A DNA stretch of 64,000 nucleotides, taken from NCBI RefSeq assembly GCF_009914755.1, contig NC_060947.1; one strand, 5' to 3'. Both the position numbers and the translations under genes were made by a program. Source of the DNA: the human T2T-CHM13v2.0 reference genome, Homo sapiens. Below the pieces are notes generated by a model. The model was given only the letters and a program-made list of their open reading frames with translations, did no database searches and was not told the DNA's origin. Positions 61,913 through 64,000 of the stretch are shown one piece after another; the stretch's first letter is position 1, and every line of letters starts with the position of its first letter.

Positions 61913-62399
61913 CACAAGCTGAGCTATAGGAAGCAGTGTCCCCACAATGCTGATACTGTTCCTGGAGGTCCCCTACATGAAACCTCCGCAGCTGACACTC
62001 ATCAATGCTGCTTAACTTCTTTGCAACAGGCAGGGGGCAGATATCATTTACAAGAAATGCAGACGTCCCGCTGTGGTCCCGTGGCACTCCCCAACCTTCT
62101 GCTGCGGCTTTCAGCGTGCTCCCCACATTGTCTTCCGCACAAAGACAAACTGGAAATGTTATGGCCTTTGATTTTAGTATTCATCCCTCTCCATAGTGAA
62201 TTCCATTTTCAATAGGCTTATGTCACATGTCCCCCAGGTACACTCCCGTGATCACCGCTGTCTCCCCACTGGCAGACACCCCTGGTGGCCTGACGGGGCT
62301 CATCAGTCAGTGATGCAGCTTGATGAGGGGCAGGCAGCTGGCCAGGGGCGAGCTGGAGCAGTGGAGTCGGTTTGCTGTTGGCTCCACAGCATCACCTTG

Positions 62400-62812
62400 A
62401 GTCCCATGCAAATGAGCTTGCACATTGGGAGCTCACTTCTTCCTGCTGAGTAGTATTCCGTGGTGTGGACGCGCTGCGGCGTGTCCAACCACTCACCTGA
62501 TGATGAACATTTGGGCTGTTTCCTGTTTGGGGCTATTATGAAAAAGCTGCTGTGAACGTTGGAGTATGAGTGTTTGTATGGTTACATCAATCCCTTTGTC
62601 TTGGGTAAGTATCTAGGAGGGGAATTGTTGGCTGATGTGGTAGGTGCATGTTTAACATTTTCGGACACTGCCGAAGTGTTTTCCCAAGTGGCTGCCCCAT
62701 TTTCCCTTCCCACCAGAAAGGCACGGGCACCCCCGGTGCTCCACATCTCCTCCCTGGTAAACCAACACTTGGTGTGGTCAGTGGTTTTTGTTTTACCCAT
62801 TCTAATAGATGT
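62400..62812 (-). mobile_element. Old L1M 3' fragment
   Basis: tgctgagtagtattcc...gatgaacatttgggctgtttcc...cccattctaataga. Confidence 0.75.
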
Positions 62813-63450
62813 TAAACGTCCAGGAATTTTGAGAGCTAAACAAACACTATCATTATTAAAAAGTTAAATTATGTAAACTGACAAATTATATGAAAAATAA
62901 AGGAGATACTCAAAACTCACGTCTTCATTATTCGAGCATGCTTTACTGTTGCTGTGTGTTGACACCTGTCAGATGTGTGTGGTGGAAATCCTGGAATCTC
63001 TTCCCAAGGTCACCTTCAGTGACTTCCTGTTGGTAGCTTAAGACTGGCCAAGTGGAAGTATTATACCGCAGAGCTCGGCATGCCACGGCATGCCAGGGCT
63101 TGATGTATTACTGCTTTGTTGATTGCCTAGACTTTAGAAAGAGGTGAAGAAAATGCTAATATTGCAGATTAAACTGAAGAATGCTGGGTCTGCGGCCATT
63201 ACATTATAAATAGCAAAAAAATAAATAAAAATAAACATTTTCGGTATTTGAAAACTATCATCCAATTAAGCAAAGAAGTTGCTCATCTTTGCTGCTTCAT
63301 GTTTATCTTACTCATTAAAATAAATGAAAACATCAGCCAACATGTATGTGGGAAGCACAGCTGTCCATCCATCGCACTCAAGTACAGGGTACAGATAACA
63401 AGAACTCAGTAAAAGTCAATGAAGGTATTTTGTGAGTATTCATTGGCCAT
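62812..63450 (+). mobile_element. hAT DNA transposon (MER63-like)
   Basis: caggaattttgagagc...cattattaaaaagttaaattat...atactcaaaactca...tctcttcccaa...ttcagtgac...ttggtagctt match the recalled MER63 consensus. Confidence 0.65.
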
Positions 63451-64000
63451 GTGGAATTTACGGCGAAGAGTATATTGTGTATTTTGTTGCATATTTTATA
63501 TATATTGTGGATTTTATTATTTGTAAATTGTGTGTTCATGTATATGTATGCATGTGCCTGTGTGTATAGCCTGTGTGTATATAGAGAAAGAGACAGGGGA
63601 GGAAGGGAGAGAGATCCATGCCTACATACATACGTGTACATTTCCTTTCCTGGAAAGCTGGTTGTTAACCATTTATAAGCACATTGCTGCTTTGAGGCAG
63701 CAGAGAGGCAGGTCACAGCCTGTCTGGGCAGCATGGTACGCAAGACGCCTGGCCTGGCCAGTCTCGACATGGACTCGGGGAGGGCGCCCGAGGCCAGGCC
63801 ACCGTGAGGCCAGGGGAGCCCAGAGTGATGAGAGAGAGGCACCTCAGCCCAAGACAGGTGAGAGGGCCCAAAACCAGAGACCCCTCCACAGAGGCGGCAG
63901 CAGCCAAAATCAGGCTGTCACCTGCCTGTCTGTCCCATCCTGGGGTTGAGACCCTTCTAGCATGCCCAATGAGAAGGGCCCCACTTGGTGTCACCTACCC

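Overview
Human-type (primate, Alu-rich) genomic DNA. The gene pair PNMA6E (minus strand) and ZFP92 (plus strand) places it at Xq28. Two protein-coding genes are well supported. PNMA6E is a domesticated Ty3/Gypsy Gag gene: 647 aa, one coding exon, with an internal 29 x 18-bp coding repeat. ZFP92 is a 416-aa KRAB protein with 8 C2H2 fingers in four coding exons. They are divergently oriented, with promoters about 10 kb apart. The left part of the window holds two large CA/TG-rich minisatellite arrays (1-2170 and about 7520-13790). The long His/Thr and Cys/Val ORFs over them are compositional artefacts. The rest is mostly Alu, L1, MaLR/ERV LTR and DNA-transposon relics; subfamily names were assigned by eye and are approximate. 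The strongest second-look items are: fossil retroelement machinery at the PNMA6E C-terminus (a CCHC knuckle with all four ligands lost and a decayed -1 frameshift cassette); a weak Gag-like ORF in its 3' UTR; a proline-free Gly-X-Y repeat that also carries 22 tandem 5' splice-site consensus motifs; and a 6.3-kb array just downstream of PNMA6E that reads as UGCAUG/UG repeats on the PNMA6E strand. None is demonstrated to be a new functional system; they are testable hypotheses.
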